Assembly (NCBI GenBank): GCA_041666145.1
Contig: JBAYHK010000003.1
Coordinates: 6,277 to 70,276, forward strand
DNA: 64,000 nt
Direction of reading: 5' to 3'
Source: Patescibacteria group bacterium
GTDB lineage: Bacteria > Patescibacteriota > Patescibacteriia > UBA9934
Part shown: piece after piece, positions 47,289 through 57,400 of the stretch
How the letters are laid out: every line of letters begins with the position of its first letter
How positions within the stretch are numbered: position 1 is the stretch's first letter
Made by a program: the position numbers and the translations under genes
Notes under the pieces: model-generated
Told to the model about the DNA's origin: nothing
Seen by the model: only the letters and a program-made list of their open reading frames with translations
Databases searched by the model: none

Positions 47289-49205
47289 TTACTGATTCAT
47301 TCGATTCATAAACCACCAAGAAAAAATATCCTTCGCAATAGGTGTGGCGTAGTAGTTGCCGCCACCCTGCTCAACAATAACAGTCACGGCAATCTTCGGG
47401 TCATCAAACGGTCCAAAACCAGTAAACCATGTATGTTCATCACGCCCAGTCGCCCATTGTGCAGTACCAGTTTTACCGGCAACAGGTTCTGAAAGTTCTA
47501 AGAGCGTAGTTGCGCTTCCCCACGTCACAGTCTCTCGCATCGCATCTCGAATAATAGCAGCAACATCCTCTGGAACAATACGAACACCCTCTGGAATGGC
47601 ATCCTTTACCATATGTAATTTCATAAGCATGCCACCATTTGCAAATGTTGCCGTTGATCGATTCATCTGCAACGGCGTCACCAAAAAATCTCCCTGTCCA
47701 ATGGAAACATTATATGTGTCTCCAATGTACCAAGGCTCATTCTTGACCTGCTCTTTCCACTCCTTTGATGGAAGAAATCCGGAAGCTTCATTCGGAAGGT
47801 CTATTCCTGAAGGAGAACCAAACCCAAACACCTTCGCATAAGACATAAGCCGATCAATCCCAAGCCCCTCAAAAGATCCGTTACCGCCTCCGATGATATA
47901 AAAAAATGTGTTCACCGAATCGGCAATCGCCTTATAAACGTTTGTGACACCGTGGCCGGCTTTACGCCAATCCGGAAAAAGTCGACCTCCAAGCCAAATT
48001 CCACCAGTAGAGAGGAAGCTTGTTGACGGCGTAATCACGCCTTCCATAAGTGCAGCTGCAGCATAAACAGGCTTGATTGTGGACCCTGATGGATATTCCC
48101 CTTGTGTTGCTCGAGGAAACAATGGAGCGTTCGGATCATTAAGAAGCGCGCTATATTCTTCCTGAGTAATGCCTCGTGCGAAAAGGTTGGCATCAAAAGC
48201 AGGATACGAAACTAGCGAGAGAATTTCTCCGGTTTTTGGATCTGATACAACAACCGCAGCACGCTTAACTTCGGCCTTAGCAAGATGAACACTGAGCACA
48301 CTCTCAATTGCCGCCGTCAAACCGGCATCTATTGAAAGGACCAGATTTTCTCCATTCATTGCATCTGTTTTTTGCAATGTGCGAATAGTCCTCCCCTGCG
48401 CATCCACTTCCATGACTTCAACACCAGGAATTCCACGAAGTGTAGACTCGTAAACCGCTTCAATGCCCTGTTTTCCTATGCTATCAAAACGTCGGTAGCC
48501 CTTCCCTCTTAATGATTCAACATCGTCTTTCGCAATAGGACCGGTAAAACCAAGAACATGCGAAAGTGTTGGAATATTGTTTGTGATATAAGAACGAGTG
48601 GAAGCTAATTCGATCATAAGACTAGAGTCAGTGCCATGCTCTGACATATATGCTAATGCCTCCATATATGGGACGTCTTCAGCAAGAAGAATCGTTGCGT
48701 CTTCCGCCGCCTCGCTGTAGCGCTCCTCAAAAGTATTTCCATCAATATGAAATGTTGCTGCAATATTTTCGAAATATGTAAAACGCTCCGAACTATCCAT
48801 CGGAATATCCGATCGTGTTGCTATAAGATGAAATTCAGGCGTATTCCAAGCTAAAATCTGTTCATTTCGATCAAAAATTACTCCACGATTTGGAATAACG
48901 ATCTTTGTTCGCGTTCGATTATTATCCGCGATAACACGATACTCATCACCTTTAAGAATCTGCCAATTTCCAATTCGTAAAAAAAATATTGCAAAAACAA
49001 TACACAATAAAATAGCTCCAATTCTTCTTACCCGCTGTGCGGGAAAATTTCCAAGATACGAACCCGTAGAAAGATCCGAGACCGATCGATGTACTAACGC
49101 ATCGTCGAAGGAATCATCAAGCATCCCTGAATCTAAATTCCCGATAGAATCATCATCGGTTATAGAAAAAACTGATCGATTCTTATGGGCACGACGAAAA
49201 ATCAT
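47289..49205 (-). CDS. mrdA: penicillin-binding protein 2 (elongasome transpeptidase)
   Basis: It has an N-terminal TM anchor and a dimerisation domain. The transpeptidase motifs are present (SGSTIKP ... SVN ... KTGTA). The ATG at 49205 overlaps the mreD stop (ATGA). Confidence 0.85.
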   Translation of the reverse strand: MIFRRAHKNRSVFSITDDDSIGNLDSGMLDDSFDDALVHRSVSDLSTGSYLGNFPAQRVRRIGAILLCIVFAIFFLRIGNWQILKGDEYRVIADNNRTRTKIVIPNRGVIFDRNEQILAWNTPEFHLIATRSDIPMDSSERFTYFENIAATFHIDGNTFEERYSEAAEDATILLAEDVPYMEALAYMSEHGTDSSLMIELASTRSYITNNIPTLSHVLGFTGPIAKDDVESLRGKGYRRFDSIGKQGIEAVYESTLRGIPGVEVMEVDAQGRTIRTLQKTDAMNGENLVLSIDAGLTAAIESVLSVHLAKAEVKRAAVVVSDPKTGEILSLVSYPAFDANLFARGITQEEYSALLNDPNAPLFPRATQGEYPSGSTIKPVYAAAALMEGVITPSTSFLSTGGIWLGGRLFPDWRKAGHGVTNVYKAIADSVNTFFYIIGGGNGSFEGLGIDRLMSYAKVFGFGSPSGIDLPNEASGFLPSKEWKEQVKNEPWYIGDTYNVSIGQGDFLVTPLQMNRSTATFANGGMLMKLHMVKDAIPEGVRIVPEDVAAIIRDAMRETVTWGSATTLLELSEPVAGKTGTAQWATGRDEHTWFTGFGPFDDPKIAVTVIVEQGGGNYYATPIAKDIFSWWFMNRMNQ

Positions 49206-49693
49206 GACAAGGGCTTTAGTGCTATCCGCGACCAAATAGTTCTCTCAAACCAACGAACAAGATTGGATCCACAAAAAAGACCGGGAACTAACAACACCTC
49301 CTGTACAAAAAGCGTTGAATAAGACATCTTCCACACCGTCGAATCTTTTAACCACGTTACAAGTTCATGAGTGACCCCCAAAGTAACAATTCCAAAACCA
49401 AAAGCAACAAGCCCAAGACCAAGAAGCGCATAAAGAGAACGCGCACTAAAAAGTTTTACTAAAAGCACAGGACCAATAAAGGCAATAACGATACTAATAA
49501 TATCGAGTCGAATAATTCCAAGTACGAAGAACCATGCAGCACCCTCTACAATACCGATACGTTGCATGACTAAAATTCCTGCAATAGTAAGAAGTGGAAT
49601 TGCTGCGATCCAATTATTCCATGTCCAAAGAAAAGAAACTTCACAAACAAGAAGTCCCGAAAAAAGTAATGCCAAAAAAAATGCCATTCTCAT
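49202..49693 (-). CDS. mreD: putative rod shape-determining protein MreD
   Basis: It is a 163-aa protein with 4-5 TMs, sitting in the canonical position between mreC and mrdA. It is translationally coupled on both sides. I see no sequence motif beyond its topology and context. Confidence 0.5.
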   Translation of the reverse strand: MRMAFFLALLFSGLLVCEVSFLWTWNNWIAAIPLLTIAGILVMQRIGIVEGAAWFFVLGIIRLDIISIVIAFIGPVLLVKLFSARSLYALLGLGLVAFGFGIVTLGVTHELVTWLKDSTVWKMSYSTLFVQEVLLVPGLFCGSNLVRWFERTIWSRIALKPLS

Positions 49694-50511
49694 AATGGTG
49701 CTATTTCTGCATATGAAAGCACGAGAACGGCAGTAAAATCTCGAGAATCATGAACGGGAGTCACAGTAGCGACAACAAATGGCGCGTTCTGTTCAGTAGT
49801 AACTGCAGTAACAATCCCCAAAAATAATCCTTCCGGAATCTTTCCTCCGAGCCCACTAGTTACAACACTATCTCCAAGTACTATTCCTGCATCCTGAGGA
49901 ATATAATTCATCGAAACCACTGCGCCCTCATTTCCAGTAATAAGCCCGATGGTTCGTTGCTGACCAAGAATTGCAGCTGGAATTACGCTTTGTCGATCTT
50001 CAATAAGTCGAACTGTCGACTGAAATTCACCTACTTTTGTAATACTTCCAATAAGTAAACCATTGTTTACTATTACTGCTGCACCCACCTGTACGCCATC
50101 ATGACTTCCACGATCAATAACAACTATTGACGACGCCGCTGTTCCTCTAGAAATAATTCTAGCAGCGATGCCTTCTCTTGTGATTCTATTCTCATATCCG
50201 AGAAGTTGACGCCATTCCTCAACCTCATCGGCTGATGCAGTAAGAGTCGCCGCACGAGATGACTGTTCAGCTAATTGCGATAAACATAGATCTCTTTGAC
50301 GGGCAATGCTTTCTTCACTCGCAAAAATTCTTGAAAATGTTTGAGCCGTCACACTACTGACCGCATATACTGTTGATCGCACCGCATGAATAGCTGGCGC
50401 AAACCAAGAGATGGTAGACAAAAACCACAGCACAGCAAGCGTTCCGAAAAATACCGCAAGACGTTGCGCTATTTTTTTTGTTTTCTCTGTGAAATACCAC
50501 GCACGTGGCAT
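49690..50511 (-). CDS. mreC: rod shape-determining protein MreC
   Basis: It has an N-terminal TM helix, a coiled coil, and a beta-rich C-domain (GLLIGSITKV ... VVTSGLGGKIPEGLFLGIV). The ATG at 50511 is preferred over the TTG at 50559. Confidence 0.75.
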   Translation of the reverse strand: MPRAWYFTEKTKKIAQRLAVFFGTLAVLWFLSTISWFAPAIHAVRSTVYAVSSVTAQTFSRIFASEESIARQRDLCLSQLAEQSSRAATLTASADEVEEWRQLLGYENRITREGIAARIISRGTAASSIVVIDRGSHDGVQVGAAVIVNNGLLIGSITKVGEFQSTVRLIEDRQSVIPAAILGQQRTIGLITGNEGAVVSMNYIPQDAGIVLGDSVVTSGLGGKIPEGLFLGIVTAVTTEQNAPFVVATVTPVHDSRDFTAVLVLSYAEIAPL

Positions 50512-50521
50512 AGAAGAATTT

Positions 50522-51574
50522 TTATCGGTGACGATCAATGCCTGTTGTAGGAAGCGCAACCTCTCTCAATAAAGCGTCATCATCAAGCAATATCCCACAA
50601 CCACGAACAACCGCGGTTTGTGGATCTTCAGCGATATGAACGGGAATATCCGTCTCTTTGGCAATAGAACGTTCAAGCCCTCGTAAAAGACCTCCACCTC
50701 CAACAAGAGTAATTCCACGCTCATAAATATCAGCAACAAGTTCTGGTGGTGTTAACTCTATTGTCGCTTTAATGTTATCAATGATCGTATGAACAGAGCG
50801 GCTCAATGCCTCACGAATTTGACCGTCATGTACAGTTACTTCTTTTGGAAGACCAGTTATAAGGTCCCTACCCCGCATAGTCATACGTAACCCATCTCCA
50901 AAATCAATAGAACTTCCTATTTTACATTTCACCTCTTCCGCTATTCGTTCACCAAGAAGGATATTAAAAACATCACGTGCATATTGCAAAACATATTTCG
51001 TCATTTCATCTCCAGCAATAGTAAGAGACTTCCAAGTAACAATTCCAGAAAGTGATATAACAGCTATCTCAGTTGTTCCGCCGCCAATGTCGACAATCAT
51101 GCTTCCAAGAGAGTCTTCAATTGGAAGACCTGCGCCAAGAGCGGCGGCAATGGGCGCCTCAACGAGAATAACTTGACGTGCTCCTCCAGCCAAAGCCGCA
51201 TCCTCGACTGCCTTACGTTCAACCTCAGTAATTTCCAAAGGAACGCTCATTACGATTCGAGGACGAGGTACAAAAGTGAACGCCTCATCATGAATCTTGT
51301 CTATAAAATACTTCAACATTTTTTCTGTCACTTCGAAGTCAGAAATAACCCCTTTTACAAGTGGTCTTGTAATTTGAATATGTGGGGGAGTTTTTCCGAG
51401 CATGTCTTTCGCAGTTTTTCCTACTGCAAGAATATGGTTCGTCCTCGTATTAACCGCAACAACAGATGGCTCATTCATTACTATGCCTTTTCCACGAACA
51501 AAAACACGTGTTGCCGACGTGCCAAGATCAATACCAATATCTTCCGAAAACTTGCCAAAAAACCTATTAAACAT
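50522..51574 (-). CDS. mreB: rod shape-determining protein MreB (actin homolog)
   Basis: DIGIDLGTSATRV is the phosphate-1 motif. The adenosine motif is VDIGGGTTEIAV, and phosphate-2 motif is GGGGLLRGLE. The ATG at 51574 gives the canonical N-terminus MFNRFFGKFSEDIGIDLGT. Confidence 0.9.
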   Translation of the reverse strand: MFNRFFGKFSEDIGIDLGTSATRVFVRGKGIVMNEPSVVAVNTRTNHILAVGKTAKDMLGKTPPHIQITRPLVKGVISDFEVTEKMLKYFIDKIHDEAFTFVPRPRIVMSVPLEITEVERKAVEDAALAGGARQVILVEAPIAAALGAGLPIEDSLGSMIVDIGGGTTEIAVISLSGIVTWKSLTIAGDEMTKYVLQYARDVFNILLGERIAEEVKCKIGSSIDFGDGLRMTMRGRDLITGLPKEVTVHDGQIREALSRSVHTIIDNIKATIELTPPELVADIYERGITLVGGGGLLRGLERSIAKETDIPVHIAEDPQTAVVRGCGILLDDDALLREVALPTTGIDRHR

Positions 51575-51629
51575 AAGTCGATGGCATGTTCCCATACCAT
51601 ACCCATTCAAACCATATCCCTGTCCACAC

Positions 51630-52019
51630 CTAAATCTCTCGATTCTCTTGAGAAATACTTAAAAGAAGGAATTCGACAAGAACAATAAGAAGAACGAGAA
51701 GAACCATTGTTCCAAAGGAAAAAAGCTCCTTTGAAAGAAGAACTAAACATGCAATAAATAGGCCGGAAAAAAGTATCCCCTGTCGAAAAGAACGCGCGAC
51801 TGCATGGTCGATCTGTCTGTCAGGATATTTCCATGCTCGAAGCGTCGTGCCTATCATCGTAGATAGCCCCGCGATTCCTGCTCCGAGTGTAAGATAAAAA
51901 ATGAAGTACGCTAAAAATCCTGCAGTAACAGGATCTATTGCGATCATTACAATGCACCATGCGGAAATACTAATCGCAGTTCCAAGCGCAAGAACTACAA
52001 GATACTGACGAAGAGTCAT
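51630..52019 (-). CDS. small membrane protein (hypothetical, about 4 TM)
   Basis: Only the hydrophobicity pattern supports this one. Confidence 0.35.
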   Translation of the reverse strand: MTLRQYLVVLALGTAISISAWCIVMIAIDPVTAGFLAYFIFYLTLGAGIAGLSTMIGTTLRAWKYPDRQIDHAVARSFRQGILFSGLFIACLVLLSKELFSFGTMVLLVLLIVLVEFLLLSISQENREI

Positions 52020-52036
52020 ACAGAGAAAATTATACC

Positions 52037-52375
52037 TTAAAACTTTCCTCGTTCTATTTGTACTCTCGGAGTTACTGTAAAAATTTCTACTTCTGGTACC
52101 TCCTCTTTCATTTCAGTAATAATTTTAGAGGCCATTCCATCAATATCATATGACGCTCCTGCATTGTTGCACCCAATAACAAGCGTACCGTTTAAAAAAC
52201 TTATTGCACGAACGTCCTTACGAAGCTGCGTATCACCGAGCAAGGCATCAAGAACATCATTCGCTCGATCGATAATTATCGCCGCTGCAACCTGCTTCGC
52301 AACTCCATGTCTTCGAAGTGTGCCCTCGAGTAAACTTCCAATTTTTGTTAATGATGCTCGTCTAAGCTTTGGCAT
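52037..52375 (-). CDS. DUF721/DciA-like protein (possible replicative-helicase loader family)
   Basis: The C-terminal pattern (DGTLVIGCNNAGASYDIDGMASKIITEM) fits the G-x-L-x-V-x-V-xS-xWA-x-EL pattern of DUF721. It is about 110 aa. The start is uncertain: the ATG at 52375 overlaps the helicase stop by 14 nt. Confidence 0.4.
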   Translation of the reverse strand: MPKLRRASLTKIGSLLEGTLRRHGVAKQVAAAIIIDRANDVLDALLGDTQLRKDVRAISFLNGTLVIGCNNAGASYDIDGMASKIITEMKEEVPEVEIFTVTPRVQIERGKF

Positions 52376-55295
52376 AAGGACAAATGTCTTTAAAATCACA
52401 GTATTGGCAATGAGGTCCTGGCGTTGCCTCAAAAAGGGATGTGCGAATCTGTTCCATGGTAGCGTGAATTTGCATCTTTAACTTTTCTCTATCTTTATCT
52501 GTTGGTTCAAAACTCACTGCAGTATTTGACTCGACGTAATAGAAAGATAATTTCTTCACAACGAGTGGAGGAGTAAAACTTTCTTCAGCTGCAATAGCAT
52601 AAAGTACCAGCTGCCGACGGTCATCCCACTCTAGCTTAACTTTCGGTGTTCCAGTTTTATAATCAACAATCTCCACACCTCCCTCAACATCATCGATTCT
52701 ATCTATTCTTCCCTTCACGAGAACATCACCAACCTTGAGTGTAAAACCTTTCTCTAGAAATTTTGGAGACGGCGGATTCAAAGCCATGATCGCAAAATAT
52801 TCTTTAAGGTATTTCTGTCCACGCTCTTTGTAATCGTCTCGCGTTGCAGAATCTGGATACCACTCATCAATCCAGGCGGCATCATACATTTCCATAAATT
52901 CATGGAGTGATGGCTTTGTAATCTGATGCAACTCTGAATCAAAGAGCGATGCCTGCATTGCTATCTTATTCGCAATAATCCGTTCCATATATCGCTGTAA
53001 CGTGTTATGCATCGATTTCCCAAAACTCATTTGATGTTTTCCATAAGATGGAACTCCAATAATGTGCGCATATTTATATTGTTGAGGACAAGACGAAAAG
53101 GCAGCAATTTGTGAAAAGCTTATTTTGTCTGGAATGTGGATTTGCGCATCGCCTTTACGATCTGGTTTTGAATCTCCGGAAAGTCTTGAAGCGATTCGTT
53201 CATATCCAGATGCAACAACCGCTGACGTGAAACCTAGTTCCGCGAGAAAACGGGAAATCTTTTTCTTTCTTGCGCCACCGTAGTCATCCGCGCTCATGAG
53301 ATAAAGGCCTTCCTTTGCTCTTGTTATTGCCACATAAAATAACCGACGCTCTTCTGCAATATGGTCATCGAGCGCCTCATTCTTTTCTAATAAACCCAAC
53401 GGAAAATCGAATGCACTTGATCGGCTAACGCTCGGAAAACGCTGTTCAACAAGATTGACTACGAATACGTATCGAAATTCCAAACCTTTTGATCCATGCA
53501 CGGTCATAACAGAAACGACATCCGGTCCGCTCTCCGGATCTTGCGCAATCGCACCCCCCTCTCCTGCCGCACGTTCGGCGTCAAACTCTTCTAAAAATTT
53601 TGACAAAGTCACATCATCATTCGTCACACTGAATCGTTTTAAGCGAGCAAGAAACTTTTGCAACTGACGATAAAGCTCCTGTTGCTCTTCTTCAGAAAAC
53701 ATTTGACAATCACCTAAAATACCAGACTCTTTAACAATGGCAACAAAAAGTTCAACAATGGGAAGTCGCTTTGCACGATCTCGAAGTTTTCCAATTGTTG
53801 AAACAATATCCAATATACTATTTCGTCCTTCCATGCTTATTCCCGCAGCGTCCGCATAAGTCAACAGGTCAAAAAGAGACATTCCTTTGCGCTTTGCATA
53901 AAACATTAAGCTCGCAAGATCTGATTGCGAGAGGCCAAGTCTTGGATGTGAAAGAACTCGATAAAGCGAAGGACTGTCATGCGGTGTGTTGATCACACGG
54001 AGATACGCAAGAACATCAAGAATGATTGGTTTTGAGTACAAGCCAGATAACGCCATGAATCGAAAAGGGATTCCTGCATATTCAAGCGCCTCAAGAAATG
54101 GATCTGCATGGTCATTCCCACGAACGAGAATGGCAAAGTCGCTCCATGCAACTTCATTCTCATTATGAAGTTTTGTGATGATCTCGATAGTATTCTCAAC
54201 TTCATCCTCAAGTGTTGCCGCATGAATATGGCAGACCTCGCCAAGATATTCGGTGTTTGACTGAAGTTGTTTCGACAAACCCTCTGTAATCTCTAATCGA
54301 TGCGGATTATTTCCAGCTATCGATGTATATGCGTAATCGAGAATAACTTTTCCGCTTCGATAATTCTGAACAAGAACAATCTTCGCAGTATTCGGATAGT
54401 CCTCTCTAAATCGTAAAATATTTGCTAACGCCGCACCTCGAAACTTATAAATTGCCTGATCATCATCGCCAACAATTGTAAGATTATTTTTTGGCGCAGC
54501 AAGGAGTCTTACCAATTCATATTGCACGCTATTCGTGTCTTGGAATTCATCAACAACAATGTACTTATATTGCTCCCGATACTTCGCAAGAATGTTCGGG
54601 CGAGTTTTTAAAAGTTCGACTGAATATGCTAAAAGATCGCCGAAATCAAGAGCATCTTCAGCAAGAAGAATTTCTTGATACTTCTTATAAGCAAACGCAA
54701 TCTCGCGATGCTTAGCAAACTCTAGCCGCTCTTCTTCTGGCATTGCTGCAAATGCTACAGGATCTCTTTTTTCAGCATCATTGATCAGCCTTTCTACGTG
54801 ATCTATATAGTGCTGTGGCGAAATGGTCTCGTCTTTTGCGCGAGAAAAATGACTAAGAAGCAATCGAAAAAACTTTGTTGGATTACCGCGCGGACGATAA
54901 TAATCTAACGCGAAATCTGAAAGATGACGGCGCATAAGAAGCCACGCGTCAACTTCTGACACAACAACAAAGTCTTGGGGAAGCCCTATGTCGACACCAT
55001 GCTCTCGAAGCATTCGTTCACAAAATGCATGAAATGTGGAAATTGAAAGATCGACGTACCCCATTGGCAAAAGAACGTCAACACGTTCTTCCATTTCATT
55101 CGCTGCCTTCTCAGTAAAAGTAAGGGCAAGAATCTGGTTCGGAGTAGCCTTCCCTTCTGCAATAAGCCAAGCAATGCGCTTTGTAATCACCGTGGTCTTT
55201 CCAGTTCCTGCACCTGCAATGATCATGAGCGGTCCTTCGCCATGAATTACCGCTCGTCGTTGCTCATCATTTAAACCTTGAAGAAGGTTAGACAT
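52362..55295 (-). CDS. UvrD/PcrA-family SF1A helicase fused to a C-terminal Cas4/RecB-type PD-(D/E)XK nuclease with a 4-Cys cluster
   Basis: The N-terminus has Walker A (IAGAGTGKTT) and the UvrD helicase motifs (TFTEKAANEM ... VDEFQDTN ... VHGSKGLEF ... YVAITRAK). The C-terminal roughly 200 aa carry the nuclease core (RIDRIDDVEGGVEIVDYKTG), bracketed by Cys residues (SCPQQY ... CQYCDFKDICPY), as in AddB/Cas4 iron-staple nucleases. Confidence 0.8.
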   Translation of the reverse strand: MSNLLQGLNDEQRRAVIHGEGPLMIIAGAGTGKTTVITKRIAWLIAEGKATPNQILALTFTEKAANEMEERVDVLLPMGYVDLSISTFHAFCERMLREHGVDIGLPQDFVVVSEVDAWLLMRRHLSDFALDYYRPRGNPTKFFRLLLSHFSRAKDETISPQHYIDHVERLINDAEKRDPVAFAAMPEEERLEFAKHREIAFAYKKYQEILLAEDALDFGDLLAYSVELLKTRPNILAKYREQYKYIVVDEFQDTNSVQYELVRLLAAPKNNLTIVGDDDQAIYKFRGAALANILRFREDYPNTAKIVLVQNYRSGKVILDYAYTSIAGNNPHRLEITEGLSKQLQSNTEYLGEVCHIHAATLEDEVENTIEIITKLHNENEVAWSDFAILVRGNDHADPFLEALEYAGIPFRFMALSGLYSKPIILDVLAYLRVINTPHDSPSLYRVLSHPRLGLSQSDLASLMFYAKRKGMSLFDLLTYADAAGISMEGRNSILDIVSTIGKLRDRAKRLPIVELFVAIVKESGILGDCQMFSEEEQQELYRQLQKFLARLKRFSVTNDDVTLSKFLEEFDAERAAGEGGAIAQDPESGPDVVSVMTVHGSKGLEFRYVFVVNLVEQRFPSVSRSSAFDFPLGLLEKNEALDDHIAEERRLFYVAITRAKEGLYLMSADDYGGARKKKISRFLAELGFTSAVVASGYERIASRLSGDSKPDRKGDAQIHIPDKISFSQIAAFSSCPQQYKYAHIIGVPSYGKHQMSFGKSMHNTLQRYMERIIANKIAMQASLFDSELHQITKPSLHEFMEMYDAAWIDEWYPDSATRDDYKERGQKYLKEYFAIMALNPPSPKFLEKGFTLKVGDVLVKGRIDRIDDVEGGVEIVDYKTGTPKVKLEWDDRRQLVLYAIAAEESFTPPLVVKKLSFYYVESNTAVSFEPTDKDREKLKMQIHATMEQIRTSLFEATPGPHCQYCDFKDICPYAKA

Positions 55296-55296
55296 A

Positions 55297-56610
55297 TTAC
55301 AGCTCAACAATGAGCTGCGCGGAATCAACAAAGAATTTTACCCCATCCTGCGTTCCAATATACCAACCAAATCCTGCAAGCATACAGAGAAAAACCATCA
55401 CAATTCCAATCGAAATTTTCCAATTTGCTGGAAACAAAAGAACAGTTTCTTCCTGTTGTTGTAAAACCAATCTGATATAAAACATTACACACGCCAAAAC
55501 AAAAACGATGAGCACGAAAATAACTAATGCTGCAAAAAAAGGATGCATCTGAAGTCCGTATCCAATCCCTATCATGGTACTTGTGAATGTACTTGCTATA
55601 GGAAAAAATGCGCTTCCAACAATAAGCAATCCAAGTAATACAGTTGTAATCGGCAACATGCGCGACAGTTGTCGAATGCCGGAACATTTTGTAGTTTTAT
55701 ATGTTGCATGCAACATTCCAGCAATAGAAAAGAACGCAGAAGCAAGAATAGCGACCGCTGCAAGATGCATTAATGCAGGAATCGTACCAGCGAATCCAAA
55801 TCCGCTCATACAAAGAATAAGACCGACGTGAAAACAAGAAATCTCGAAAAAGAATTTCTTGTAATTATTCTGACGCAAAAGAGAAAACGCAAAAATAAAA
55901 AGTGTAATAAGGCCAAATATCATAAGTACCTTTCCAGTCCACACTCCGCCATCAGCAAGCGCGACGTCTACGATCTCTCGACAACGAAGAATGCCAAAAA
56001 CGCCAACAAGCATGGACATTGGACCAATAAGCGCAACAAGAGGAGAGAGCATCTTGCTGTAAAGCTCAGAAAGACCAAAGTGCATCGGAGCGATACCAAT
56101 CGAAACGCCAAAACCTAAAAATACAAGAACAAAAGCAGACTGCACCTGCCAAGGCGCAAAACTACCAACAACGTCCATGATTGAAGAGATCATCCCTGCC
56201 TCCATGATCGATACACCATGTTGCATCGCAACAATTTTTAATATTCCGACACCGACACCACCTATGATCGCTCCAAAAGCAGCACGTATTCCGAATCGAC
56301 GAATAAGTTCTTTTGTATTGTTTCTTTCGTGAAGAACGAGGCTAGCCACACCGACCGCACTCAATCCCTGAATGCTGAGCCACAACAATCCCAAATGGTT
56401 CGCCATCAACCCGATCGCTCCAAAAATAATTGATGCAACAAGAAGGCCAATTGCATACTTCTGACGCTTTGGTGACAAGGTCCCTGTTTTTACTTCATTC
56501 TGAAAAACATTCACGCTCATCAATACACCAGCAACTGTAATAACAGCGGCAACCCCAAGCATGAATAAAGTCAGAACATCTGTATTCCAAAGCTCAAGAA
56601 AATAGTTCAT
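55297..56610 (-). CDS. antiporter-module-like polytopic membrane protein (divergent NuoN/MnhD-type, Proton_antipo_M-like)
   Basis: It is 437 aa with about 13 TMs. The central segment FAPWQVQSAF ... IAPMHFGLSELYSKMLSPLVALIGPMSM echoes the W-x-P-x-A ... P-x-S-A-L-I motif of complex I/Mrp antiporter subunits, but the match is degenerate. Confidence 0.5.
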   Translation of the reverse strand: MNYFLELWNTDVLTLFMLGVAAVITVAGVLMSVNVFQNEVKTGTLSPKRQKYAIGLLVASIIFGAIGLMANHLGLLWLSIQGLSAVGVASLVLHERNNTKELIRRFGIRAAFGAIIGGVGVGILKIVAMQHGVSIMEAGMISSIMDVVGSFAPWQVQSAFVLVFLGFGVSIGIAPMHFGLSELYSKMLSPLVALIGPMSMLVGVFGILRCREIVDVALADGGVWTGKVLMIFGLITLFIFAFSLLRQNNYKKFFFEISCFHVGLILCMSGFGFAGTIPALMHLAAVAILASAFFSIAGMLHATYKTTKCSGIRQLSRMLPITTVLLGLLIVGSAFFPIASTFTSTMIGIGYGLQMHPFFAALVIFVLIVFVLACVMFYIRLVLQQQEETVLLFPANWKISIGIVMVFLCMLAGFGWYIGTQDGVKFFVDSAQLIVEL

Positions 56611-56617
56611 ACAAAAA

Positions 56618-57400
56618 TTAAGATCCTAAAGACCAAAGAGTCACCGCTATTGCTGCAAAGCTACAAAGAATACTGAACCCAACAAGCCGTCGTGTAACAA
56701 AAGCTGGAATGTGCTTCCATGCAATGTGAATAAGATCGAAACCTAATGCGACAATAAACATCTTTGCTATAAGAATTCCAACAGTTTGCAAAACAACAAT
56801 ATTCGATGGAACATCGAAAGTTTTCAGCGCCTCAGTTGGTACAAGAAAGTTGGCAAGAAATAATCCGATCGTTACCGTGGCAATAACGCGCACATCGACA
56901 AGCTCTACGCGCTCTAAATCTTTTGACTCTCGAAGGCTGAGAACAATGAAAATCATTGCAACCGCAAGAAGAATGAATTGAACATCCCATGCTCCGGAAC
57001 TAGCCAAGAAGAAAAGCGAGCTGTTCGCACTTCCTGTTGTAATAGCGAGAGCCGACAAAACAACACCAAAAGCCCCAATAGAACGAAGGAGAATTGATCG
57101 AGGATCGATCATAACGACTGCACCTCCAAAAAGAGCAAGAAGGGCAAGAAGGCTCATTAAGTTACCGTCAGTTTCCGACAACCCAAACAGTCCAAACAAC
57201 GGGAGCATCGCAATCACAATCAAAAATGTACCAAATGCTACAGCTGACCATGGATTATTGCTCCGCGTATATGAAAACCATGGAAATTTCCACTCTTTCC
57301 TTGAGACAACATTGATAATCGAGGTTCCAATTTCTGCACAAATTGGCGCAATGGCTACAACTAAAGCTATCTGAAGCAAACTTAATTCAATAGAGGTCAT
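56618..57400 (-). CDS. polytopic membrane protein, possibly NuoH/HycD-like
   Basis: It is 260 aa with about 8 TMs. The N-terminal helix (LLQIALVVAIAPICAEIG) resembles the start of HycD/NuoH. Its start overlaps the upstream stop by 4 nt. Confidence 0.35.
   Translation of the reverse strand: MTSIELSLLQIALVVAIAPICAEIGTSIINVVSRKEWKFPWFSYTRSNNPWSAVAFGTFLIVIAMLPLFGLFGLSETDGNLMSLLALLALFGGAVVMIDPRSILLRSIGAFGVVLSALAITTGSANSSLFFLASSGAWDVQFILLAVAMIFIVLSLRESKDLERVELVDVRVIATVTIGLFLANFLVPTEALKTFDVPSNIVVLQTVGILIAKMFIVALGFDLIHIAWKHIPAFVTRRLVGFSILCSFAAIAVTLWSLGS

Noticed and set aside
52362-55295. Calling the helicase-nuclease fusion an anti-phage defence system (Nhi/Gabija-like)
   Set aside because: The gene sits inside a long co-directional housekeeping string (atp ... 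mreBCD-mrdA) with no island hallmarks. A DNA-repair role is more parsimonious. I kept it as a finding with that caveat.
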